Of a stretch of DNA of 34,922 nt, positions 27,960 through 34,922 are shown in pieces. The notes under the pieces are model-generated. The model did not search any database. It worked only from the letters and a program-made list of their open reading frames with translations, and was not told the origin of the DNA. Every line of letters starts with the position of its first letter. The stretch's first letter is position 1. Source of the DNA: Candidatus Eiseniibacteriota bacterium. Its GTDB lineage: Bacteria > Eisenbacteria > RBG-16-71-46. A program made the position numbers and the translations under genes. The DNA is taken from contig VBOY01000039.1 in NCBI GenBank assembly GCA_005893295.1, positions 19,541 to 54,462 on the forward strand, written 5' to 3'.

Positions 27960-27975
27960 CGGCACGGGTTTCGCG
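27960..27975 (+). promoter_or_regulatory. Candidate sigma54 (-24/-12) promoter, cGGCACG-N4-TCGC, upstream of the small secreted-protein gene
   Basis: GG and GC are spaced exactly as in TGGCACG-N4-TTGC. The -12 element is TCGC, which is non-canonical. It lies about 35 nt upstream of the ATG, in an unusually AT-rich intergenic region. Confidence 0.25.
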
Positions 27976-28008
27976 GTTGGCCGATTGGGTCCAATCAAGG
28001 AGAAACCC

Positions 28009-28290
28009 ATGCAAGGCTCGTACAAGGTCGCTTTCAGCGCTGTGATTCTGGCCACGGCCGTCTTGCTCGTACCCCGTTTGGCCACCGCCCAGATCTGCCC
28101 AAATCCGCCGGTGGGGGTTGGCCAACTCCAAGTGGCGCAAGTGCCCGACGATTGGGCCAGGGCGTCGTGGGTCCGGCGGATCGATTTCAGGTTTTTTTCG
28201 ATGCACGGCTGGGGACGCGGGGCCATTACCCGACTCGGCACCCGCTCGGCCAGCGCCGTCTTGCGTGAGCGGCGCGGACTGACGCGCTGA
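28009..28290 (+). CDS. Small secreted basic protein (93 aa) of unknown function
   Basis: Strong RBS AAGGAG with 6-nt spacing. Signal peptide 'VAFSAVILATAVLLVPRLATAQ'. The mature part is about 65 aa and includes 'ICPNPPVGVG'. Confidence 0.5.
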   Translation: MQGSYKVAFSAVILATAVLLVPRLATAQICPNPPVGVGQLQVAQVPDDWARASWVRRIDFRFFSMHGWGRGAITRLGTRSASAVLRERRGLTR

Positions 28291-28298
28291 ATCCTGCA

Positions 28299-28829
28299 GT
28301 GGGATTTCAGCACGGTCTGCCCCAGCGAGGGGAGCGGGGGGTCGACGGAACGCCCCCCGCGAGACTCGTTCGTCTCCATCGCCATAGCTTGATGAACCTG
28401 CTCGTCACCGGCGGCGTCGCCGACGAGCGACGTCGCGTGGCGCTCGCCTTCCATCACGAAAGCCCACAGCGCCTGGGGCCATTCGTGTCGGTGTGCTGCG
28501 GGCGCGAAGAGGCCCGACTCGCCGCGGGCCTCGAATCGTGGGCGTCGGACAACGAAGCATCCTCGGCCGACCCGTTGCGCGCGGCGCAAGGAGGCACCCT
28601 GTTCCTCGACGAGGTCGGGTGCCTGTCGAGCGACACCCAGCGACTGCTGCTGATCTTCGTTCGCCATCTCGCCGGCGCGGCGGACGATGACGGGCCGCCC
28701 GTCAGGCTGGCGGCCGGCCACGAAGAGGATCTGGACGCGGCGGCCGCCGAGGGAGCGTTCTCTCCACCGCTTCTCGACTATCTCGACAAGATTCACGTCG
28801 AGCTGGGTTCGGTCCGCGGCGCAGCCTGA
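28299..28829 (+). CDS. Stand-alone degenerate sigma54-activator-type AAA+ domain protein ('pseudo-bEBP') with no Walker A lysine, no GAFTGA loop and no HTH
   Basis: 'LLVTGGVADERRRVALAFH' stands where 'LITGESGTGKELVARAIH' would be. The Walker B region 'GGTLFLDEVGCLS' is retained, and 'RLAAGHEEDLDAAAAEGAFSPPLLDYLDKIHVEL' stands where 'RIIAATN..L...V..G.FREDLYYRLNV..I.L' would be. The start codon is uncertain (GTG at 28299 or ATG at 28392). Confidence 0.45.
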   Translation: MGFQHGLPQRGERGVDGTPPARLVRLHRHSLMNLLVTGGVADERRRVALAFHHESPQRLGPFVSVCCGREEARLAAGLESWASDNEASSADPLRAAQGGTLFLDEVGCLSSDTQRLLLIFVRHLAGAADDDGPPVRLAAGHEEDLDAAAAEGAFSPPLLDYLDKIHVELGSVRGAA

Positions 28830-28838
28830 GTCGACCTC

Positions 28839-29393
28839 TCAGCGGACCGCCTTTCGCGCCAGCGCCGGGGCTGCGACGATCTCGTAGAGGGCGAGCGCCA
28901 GACGAGCGCTCTCGCCGATCGCGCGCGCGGTGAGCGTGGCACCGGAAAGAGCGGGGATCGCGCGCCCCGGCCACATCCGGTCGTCGAGCCGCCGGTGGGC
29001 GAAGAGCGACAGCCACCGCGGCTCGGGCGCATAATCGGGCGGCTCGTGGAACGCCAGCACGTCGATCCGCGATACCGTGGTATCGGGTGCAATCGCCACC
29101 ATGAGGACTGCCGGCATGGTGCGCACCACGCGCGCATCGAAGAACGCCGTCCCGGTCAGGCTGTCGCCTCGCCAGGCGAAGTACGCGATCACCAGCCGCG
29201 AGGGAAGCTTCACGCGCGCCCGCTTCTCCACCGTGGCCGCCTCCGCGGCGCCGAGGGCGAACGAGCGGCGCCCGATGCGCGCGCCGGGAAACGCCTGCGC
29301 GAGCGCCTCCTCGCGCGTCATGAAGGCAGCGGCCCGCGCTTCGAGCGGCCAGGACAGCGCGGCCAGGACGAGAGCCAACGCGACTCGAGACAC
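28839..29393 (-). CDS. Secreted FMN_bind-domain protein (predicted substrate for ApbE flavinylation)
   Basis: Signal peptide present. The 'IPALSGATLTARAI' motif matches the NqrC/RnfG FMN_bind 'SGAT(L/I)TS' site, in which the Thr is flavinylated. Confidence 0.55.
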   Translation of the reverse strand: MSRVALALVLAALSWPLEARAAAFMTREEALAQAFPGARIGRRSFALGAAEAATVEKRARVKLPSRLVIAYFAWRGDSLTGTAFFDARVVRTMPAVLMVAIAPDTTVSRIDVLAFHEPPDYAPEPRWLSLFAHRRLDDRMWPGRAIPALSGATLTARAIGESARLALALYEIVAAPALARKAVR

Positions 29394-29396
29394 AGC

Positions 29397-30737
29397 CTAG
29401 AACAGATACCCGAGCGCCACGTTCCACTGATCGGTCGCGGTGTCGGCTTCGTCGTGGCGCCACTGGCGGTCCGTCTTGAGCACCACTTGAGGATGGGGTT
29501 TGAAGGCGACGCCGGCGGTGATCACCGAACGCCGGTTCGCTGGATCCTCGGCGCCACCCGGGACGTCCTCTTGCGTGTCGTACCGCTCGAGCCTCGCGTA
29601 CGGAGCGAGCCCCCATTCGGCGGCGGGGGCTAAGAGGGGCGCGACGTCGTACGCACCCTCGACGTAGCCGCCGAAGAACGATTTGCCGAGTCGGTCCGAG
29701 CCCGTCAAGCCGAGCGCGTCCGAGAGGTCGGAGACGTCGGTGAGCGCGCCGTGCGCGTAGAGCCCTGACAACGTCAACCCCCGCCACTGGAGGCGGGAGT
29801 GGAGGTCGAACAAGGTGAGCCGCGGGGTCACCTCGGCTCCCGCGGGCTGAAAGTCCTGCCAGCTGTCGCCGGTGAATGCTGCGGCACCGGCCGTGAGGCC
29901 GGGAAAGCCGACGTAGTCCAGGCGCGCGGCCACCGCCCCGCGGGTAGCGAGACTCTGCGAACCGTTCTGGCGCCCCTCGCGAATCCCCTGTGAAGCCGAG
30001 AAGCCACGCGCGTTCAGCCCCTCGGTCAGGAAGAGACGGTATTCGAGCCCTCGCCCGCGGCCGTGGATCCCGATGCCGTTTGCGCTCCACGTCGTGGGAA
30101 TGATGACTTGCTCGACGTCGGGGCGCCGGGCGCCGAGGAAGATCGGCGGCTCGTGAAGCTCGTTCACGAGCCCGAGCGGAAGGAGCATCATGCCGGCTCG
30201 AACGCCCACCCCCGGACGCAGCAGCCAGTCGATGTAGGCGAACTCGAGCGAGACCTCCCCCGAGAGCTCCGCCGAACCTTGGACCTCGCCGGTCAAGGGA
30301 TCCGCCCGGCCCTCGACCAAGGCTTCGTCGCGCACCCCGCCGTGCTCCAGCTCGATCTCGGAGTTGAACAACAGCCGGTCGGTGAACTTGTAGCCCAGGT
30401 ACACCACCTGCCGCAGATGATCGAGGCGGTCGAGCTTACCCGAAGGGACGTCGTCTTCGCGGGAGCGATCGAAGTTCTCGTAGAGCGCCTCGCCGTAGCC
30501 TCCGATCGAGACCCCGGGCCCGGCTCCGTACACCTTGGAGGCTGCGGGCGCGAGCCCGAAGCGGCCGGCGGTCCGCGCGCGCGCGGTCGTGTCCGCCACG
30601 GCGCCCAATTGGATGTTCTCGATCTCCGCGGTGAGCGCCTCCACTTTGCGCTCCAATTCGCCGATCCGCTCGTCGTCGGCGAATGCCGGCCCGGCGAAGC
30701 CCAAGACCAACAGCAGGGAAACAAGCGCCATCTTCAC
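29397..30737 (-). CDS. Outer-membrane porin-like beta-barrel with an N-terminal coiled-coil
   Basis: Signal peptide 'ALVSLLLVLGFAGPAFA'. Coiled-coil 'ERIGELERKVEALTAEIENIQ'. Alternating beta pattern ending in 'NVALGYLF', with a C-terminal Phe. Confidence 0.55.
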   Translation of the reverse strand: MKMALVSLLLVLGFAGPAFADDERIGELERKVEALTAEIENIQLGAVADTTARARTAGRFGLAPAASKVYGAGPGVSIGGYGEALYENFDRSREDDVPSGKLDRLDHLRQVVYLGYKFTDRLLFNSEIELEHGGVRDEALVEGRADPLTGEVQGSAELSGEVSLEFAYIDWLLRPGVGVRAGMMLLPLGLVNELHEPPIFLGARRPDVEQVIIPTTWSANGIGIHGRGRGLEYRLFLTEGLNARGFSASQGIREGRQNGSQSLATRGAVAARLDYVGFPGLTAGAAAFTGDSWQDFQPAGAEVTPRLTLFDLHSRLQWRGLTLSGLYAHGALTDVSDLSDALGLTGSDRLGKSFFGGYVEGAYDVAPLLAPAAEWGLAPYARLERYDTQEDVPGGAEDPANRRSVITAGVAFKPHPQVVLKTDRQWRHDEADTATDQWNVALGYLF

Positions 30738-30758
30738 GATGCATCCTTTCCTTCGAGG

Positions 30759-31814
30759 TCAGTTCATCCAGCGGATCGCGACTCCGGGCTCGGCGATCGC
30801 GGAGAGATTCCATTTCCAGGCGCGCAGAAGACCATGATCGGGCTCGATCCACAACACGCCGATCTCCTGGTGGCGCCGCGCCAGGGCCAAGGCACGCTCG
30901 CGGCCCATCACCAGCAGCGCCGTCGACAGGCCATCGGCGCGCGTGGCCGAGGGAGCGACCACGGTGACGGTTGCTTGGGTGTCGAGCGGCCGGCCGCTCG
31001 AAGGGTCGAGGATGTGCCCCAAGTGCTTGCCCCGGACCGTGACCCCGCGCACTCCCTGGCCGGAGGTCGAGACCGCTCCTTGGGCGATCGCAATCCGTAC
31101 GGCCGGCCGCAGGCGGTCGTTGGGATGAGCCACCGCGATCGGCCACGGCCGGCCCTTGGGCGAGAGAGCGAGCACCTCGCCTCCCAGGTTGAGCAGCGCA
31201 CGCTCGATGCCCTCGGCCGCCAGCAGTCGTGCGGCCCGATCGAGGGCGAACCCCTTGCCGATCCCGCCCAAGTCCACCCCCATTCCAGGCGTGGCGAGCC
31301 GCGCCATGTGGCGCGTGGGGTCGAGCGTGAGGCGGGACCAGGCCACGCGGGAGCGCGCCACGGCGATCTCCCGCGGCGAGGGCACGCGGCCCTTGCCGCG
31401 CAGGTCCCAGATGCGGTCGAGCGGCTCCACCGTCGGATCGAACGCGCCCGAGGTGGCGCGCGCGATCGCGAGCGCCGAGTCGAGAACAGCGTAGAGATCC
31501 TGAGAACAACGGAAGGCACTGCCGGCCGCCCGATTGAGGCGTGACAGCTCGCTGTCCTTGCGCCACGAGCTCATCACGTTTTCGAGCCGAGCGATCTCGT
31601 CGAGCGAGTGGGCGAGGACCCGGGCCGCCTGGGTCGAGTCGGGGGCTTCGGCCGTGGCGGTCAAGATCGTGCCCATCAGATAGCGCGCCCGCTCGACGCC
31701 AACGGGTCGGGCGGCCTCGCGCACCGCGCACCCGCCCGCAAGCAGGGAAGCGAGGGCCCACAGGGCGCGGATGCCGCCGCGTCGCCCCTGCTCAGCGGGG
31801 CGGCTTTGGGACAT
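30759..31814 (-). CDS. apbE: ApbE-family FAD:protein FMN transferase (lipoprotein)
   Basis: Lipobox 'LLAGGCA'. ApbE motifs 'YLMGT' and 'DLGGIGKGFALD' are present. Confidence 0.85.
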   Translation of the reverse strand: MSQSRPAEQGRRGGIRALWALASLLAGGCAVREAARPVGVERARYLMGTILTATAEAPDSTQAARVLAHSLDEIARLENVMSSWRKDSELSRLNRAAGSAFRCSQDLYAVLDSALAIARATSGAFDPTVEPLDRIWDLRGKGRVPSPREIAVARSRVAWSRLTLDPTRHMARLATPGMGVDLGGIGKGFALDRAARLLAAEGIERALLNLGGEVLALSPKGRPWPIAVAHPNDRLRPAVRIAIAQGAVSTSGQGVRGVTVRGKHLGHILDPSSGRPLDTQATVTVVAPSATRADGLSTALLVMGRERALALARRHQEIGVLWIEPDHGLLRAWKWNLSAIAEPGVAIRWMN

Positions 31815-32052
31815 CGTCCTCTTCGATCTCGATCACGTGGGTGGGGAGGCGTCCCGCCGACGAGAGCCACACGAAGACGGCGACCACCAGCAACGTGATC
31901 GAGACGAGGACAAACCCCACGGGCGGCAGGCGACCCGCGCGGTCCGGGCTCAAGAAGGTGACGTACAGCATGAGCCCCCAGATCGGGGCAAACAGCGCCA
32001 GGATGAACCACCGCATCCACTTCGGCAGGAATACCTTGAGACGCCTCGTCAT
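31792..32052 (-). CDS. Small two-TM membrane protein with an acidic C-terminus; overlaps the apbE start by 23 nt
   Basis: 'WFILALFAPIWGLMLYVTF' and 'VGFVLVSITLLVVAVFVWL' are hydrophobic helices. The ORF overlaps the RHH gene by ATGA. Confidence 0.4.
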   Translation of the reverse strand: MTRRLKVFLPKWMRWFILALFAPIWGLMLYVTFLSPDRAGRLPPVGFVLVSITLLVVAVFVWLSSAGRLPTHVIEIEEDDVPKPPR

Positions 32053-32255
32053 GACTTGCCTCCTCGCCCTCGAGTGCCGCGGTCCCCTCGTCTCGCCGCC
32101 GTTCCCCCCGGCAACCGGCCCTCCTCGGCGAGCACGCGACGCAGCAGGAACTCGATCTGAGCGTTCACGCTCCTGAGATCGTCGCTCGCCCAGCGCTGGA
32201 GCGCGTCGAGCAGCGCCGGGTCGAGCCGCAGCAGGAATCCCTTGCGTTCGGACAC
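32049..32255 (-). CDS. Ribbon-helix-helix (Arc/CopG-like) DNA-binding protein
   Basis: 'GFLLRLDPALLDALQRWASDDLRSVNAQIEFLLRRVL' fits the RHH beta-alpha-alpha pattern. Confidence 0.45.
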   Translation of the reverse strand: MSERKGFLLRLDPALLDALQRWASDDLRSVNAQIEFLLRRVLAEEGRLPGGTAARRGDRGTRGRGGKS

Positions 32256-32262
32256 CTCACCT

Positions 32263-33132
32263 CTAGGTGTAGAGCGTGCCCGTGTTGACGACCGGCTGAG
32301 TATGCTGGTCGCTGCACAGCACGACGAGCATGTTGCTCACCATCGCCGCCTTGCGCTCGTCGTCCAACGCCACCACGTTTTTGCGCGACAGCTGGTCGAG
32401 CGCCATCTCCACCATGCCGACCGCGCCTTCGACGAGCTTCTGCCGCGCCGCCACGATCGCGCTCGCCTGTTGGCGCCGCAGCATCGCCCCGGCGATCTCG
32501 GGCGCATAGGCCAAGTGACTGATCCGCGACTCGATCACCTGGACCCCGGCCTTGTCGAGCCGCGCCTGCACCTCGGTGCGCAGCTGGTCGGCGATCTCGG
32601 CGGTCTGCGCGCGCAGCGACCACTGCCCGTCGACGTGGGCGTCGTAGGGGTACGAGGTGGCCAGGTTGCGCAACGCCGCCTCGCACTGGACGTGCACGAA
32701 GTTCTCGTAGCTGTCGACCTCGAACATCGCCTCGGCGGAGTCCACCACCCGCCAGACGATGACCGCGGCGATCTCGATCGGGTTGCCGTCGTGGTCGTTC
32801 ACCTTGAGCTTGGAGCTCTCGAAGTTGCGCACGCGCAGCGAGACGCGCCGGCGCACGCTGAACGGGTTCACCCACCACAAGCCGGGGGCCCGCAGGCTGC
32901 CGACGTAGTTGCCGAACAGGGTGACGACTTGCGCCTGGTTCGGGTTCACGATCACGAACCCCATCACCAGGATGATGTCGATCACCATCGTCAGGCTCGC
33001 GCCCAGCGCCGACCATCCGGACGCCGCTCGCGCCGCCGCGATCAGCCACCACAGAGGGAACACGAAACCCGCCAGCAGCACGACGAGCATGAAAACACCG
33101 GGCAGGGCACCCGCCGTCTTCTCGCGCAGCAT
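32263..33132 (-). CDS. SPFH/band-7 (stomatin/prohibitin-like) membrane protein
   Basis: N-terminal TM segment, then '[16 protein letters not shown]...[33 protein letters not shown]'. The minus-strand RBS GGGAGG lies 6 nt upstream of the chosen ATG. Confidence 0.7.
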   Translation of the reverse strand: MLREKTAGALPGVFMLVVLLAGFVFPLWWLIAAARAASGWSALGASLTMVIDIILVMGFVIVNPNQAQVVTLFGNYVGSLRAPGLWWVNPFSVRRRVSLRVRNFESSKLKVNDHDGNPIEIAAVIVWRVVDSAEAMFEVDSYENFVHVQCEAALRNLATSYPYDAHVDGQWSLRAQTAEIADQLRTEVQARLDKAGVQVIESRISHLAYAPEIAGAMLRRQQASAIVAARQKLVEGAVGMVEMALDQLSRKNVVALDDERKAAMVSNMLVVLCSDQHTQPVVNTGTLYT

Positions 33133-33273
33133 CTTCCGCCTCCCTTCGTTGATACCAATATGATATCGTTTAGATAGCGAGGCGGTCAACCCGATTCGGA
33201 AAAAGCGACGGCCCCGGCAAGTGCCGGGGCCGCTGAACGTTGCCGCGTGGCCTGGCGCCGATCGGCGCGCCGC

Positions 33274-33795
33274 TCAGGCCGTGGCGTGGCTCTGGGGCCG
33301 GAACTCGGAAGCGTTGTTCTCGAAGTCCCACACCATCGGCGGTTCCTGCCCGAGCGCGCGCAGGTAGACGTAGAGCTGGCCGCGGTGGTGAAGGAACTCG
33401 TCCTGCAACGCCCCGAAGTAGCGATACCCGGGAGCGCCGTTGGCGTCCCAGTAGGTCTTGACGATCGCCTTGAGCTGGGCATCCGTGATCGAGCTCACGG
33501 CGCGCGTCGCCGCCGCCCAGGATTCGTCCACCAGCGCGAGCAGGTCCTCGCGGGTCTCGATGCGAGCCACCATGCCCACTTCATCGGGCTCCGTGATCTC
33601 GCCGCGCGCCACACCCTCGGCCATCTCGCGCACCGCCGTTGCGTAGGTATGAACGACCAGCTCTACCGGCGTGCGCATGCTCGGGATCGGTCGGCTGTGA
33701 ATCTTGTCGGCGGGGATCGCGGCAACCGCGCGCCGGGCGATGCCGTGACACATGCGCAGGTGGTTCCACATCCCGGACAGCTCTTGAGTGTTCAT
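33274..33795 (-). CDS. DinB/YfiT-like (DinB_2) putative metal-dependent hydrolase
   Basis: 'WNHLRMCHGIARRA', '...ELVVHTY...' and 'EFLHHRGQLYVYLRALG' give His-containing four-helix-bundle motifs. The ORF upstream of this Met is Arg-rich junk. Confidence 0.6.
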   Translation of the reverse strand: MNTQELSGMWNHLRMCHGIARRAVAAIPADKIHSRPIPSMRTPVELVVHTYATAVREMAEGVARGEITEPDEVGMVARIETREDLLALVDESWAAATRAVSSITDAQLKAIVKTYWDANGAPGYRYFGALQDEFLHHRGQLYVYLRALGQEPPMVWDFENNASEFRPQSHATA

Positions 33796-33996
33796 GGCCG
33801 GACCTCGCTCGATGGGAGGAAACGACGTTTCTTCGTGGGCCTGAAAGCCGGCCCACGAGAATAGCGACCGCGCGTGCGCGGTCAACCGCAAACGATGCCT
33901 CGGGACGTGGAGCTCCCTATGCTGGGGCACCGCGAAGCCTACGTCGCGCGGCAGGCGGCGGCGACCCACGGCCCGGCCCCAAGCCGCACGCCCGCT

Positions 33997-34179
33997 AAGG
34001 ATTCGTGGTTCGGCCTCAAGGCCGGAGTGGGTACGGACTGGCGCCTTGGCCAGGCCTTCGGCCTGACCCTTGGCGGACGCTACCAATGGACCGAGTTCGG
34101 CGAAGACGTGGGTGGCCAGCGCATCTTCAATGGGCTCGGGGCTGACCTCGGGCTCACCTACCGCTTCCAGTACCAGTAG
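33997..34179 (+). pseudogene. Possible remnant of an outer-membrane beta-barrel (OmpW/OmpA-like) C-terminus with no intact N-terminus
   Basis: 'DSWFGLKAGVGTDWRLGQAFGLTLGGRYQWTEFGE...GLGADLGLTYRFQYQ' has a typical OMP C-terminal strand pattern. No signal peptide or upstream in-frame coding is present. Confidence 0.2.
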
Positions 34180-34202
34180 CCGCCGACGCTCCTGGCGACG
34201 TC

Positions 34203-34922
34203 TCAGCGGCGGCGGGTTCGTGCCGAGTCGCTGGTCGCGGTTCGCCCGACGCGCGTCGTTCGCACGACGTGGCCATCCATCTCGTTGCCGCGCTCGGCCG
34301 CATCCAGCAGAGCCCGCGGCACGCTCACCTCGAGCGCGAGCAAGGCGTGTGAGAGCGTCTTGCCCTGGGCGTCGAGCCGCAACGACACGGTTCCGCCGCC
34401 GCCCAGCGACTGGTGTAGCAGGAAGTTGAGCGCGTAGAGGTTCGACACTTCGTGGCGCTCGACGGTGCCGCGGCAAATTCCCTTGAACCGCCGCCTGACG
34501 AGCGCGGCGGTGAGCGTGCGCCTGAGCCATGGGTAGATCTCGGGGGCGCGCGCGATCACGCCGATGTTGCACGTGTCGCCTTTGTCGCCGCTGCGCGCGT
34601 GGGCGAGCGCCGCGAGCGGGACGCGCACCGATTTCTTGGCTCCGCGCGCCACGGGCCAGCGCTCGCGGGGGAGCGGCATCGGGCGAGCGGGATTCGCGAT
34701 CGGCGTTGGCCACTCGAGCGCGCGCTCGCCGTCGCGCGTGACGAGCCGCGGCTTGACGCGCTCGCGCGGTACCAGCGCCGGCCAGTAGGCCACCACCTCC
34801 TGGGCCTGGGGGCGGCCCCCGGTGACCGCCACGCCGGACGGCCCGGAGAGAATCACCGCCGGGACCATCTTGGAGAACTGCTCGACCTTCGCGCGGTCCG
34901 GGTCGCGCACCGAGAGGCGCAG
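34203..34922 (-). CDS. Conserved hypothetical protein (tentatively AtuA/DUF1446-DUF4387-like); the 5' end lies outside the window
   Basis: The ORF runs off the window edge with no stop. The 'ARSGDKGDTCNIGVIAR' motif is present. The family assignment is from memory and is weak. Confidence 0.35.
   Translation of the reverse strand: MRLSVRDPDRAKVEQFSKMVPAVILSGPSGVAVTGGRPQAQEVVAYWPALVPRERVKPRLVTRDGERALEWPTPIANPARPMPLPRERWPVARGAKKSVRVPLAALAHARSGDKGDTCNIGVIARAPEIYPWLRRTLTAALVRRRFKGICRGTVERHEVSNLYALNFLLHQSLGGGGTVSLRLDAQGKTLSHALLALEVSVPRALLDAAERGNEMDGHVVRTTRVGRTATSDSARTRRR

Noticed and set aside
27912-28796. Minus-strand 294-aa ORF spanning the small secreted gene and the pseudo-bEBP.
   Set aside because: It is antisense to two plus-strand genes that have a strong RBS, a signal peptide and AAA+ homology, and it has low-complexity composition.

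Overview
This is a dense, roughly 70% GC bacterial chromosomal window of about 35 kb, and the organism cannot be assigned from sequence alone. I found about 35 genes, no rRNA or tRNA genes, no CRISPR arrays, and no transposases or integrases. Many long Arg/Ala-rich ORFs in alternative frames are high-GC artefacts and are ignored. Recognisable housekeeping genes are an acsA-type acetyl-CoA synthetase, an arginase, a CspA-family cold-shock gene with a long structured leader, and a LysM/L,D-transpeptidase. There is also a metal-efflux cluster with an HMA chaperone, a secreted protein and a P1B-4 ATPase that has an unusual N-terminal extension. Six loci stand out. First, a 1683-aa single polypeptide fuses a non-RD Ser/Thr kinase, a STAND/MalT-like NTPase, a TPR-like helical region, a GAF domain, a sigma54-type AAA+ module with a degenerate GAFTGA loop, and a Fis HTH. 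Immediately downstream sits a small secreted-protein gene behind a candidate -24/-12 promoter, followed by a catalytically degenerate, HTH-less AAA+ 'pseudo-enhancer-binding protein'. Second, elsewhere in the window a GAF-HTH regulator lacks the AAA+ module entirely. Third, an ApbE-centred cluster (FMN_bind target protein, porin, ApbE lipoprotein) points to periplasmic flavinylation. Fourth, a lipoprotein cupredoxin appears circularly permuted: its Cys-His-Met loop precedes the N-terminal His strand. It lies next to a frameshifted His-rich membrane protein and a small His/Cys-rich secreted protein. Fifth, a HEAT-repeat protein is translationally coupled to an HD-GYP phosphodiesterase. Sixth, the cspA leader carries a terminator-like hairpin.
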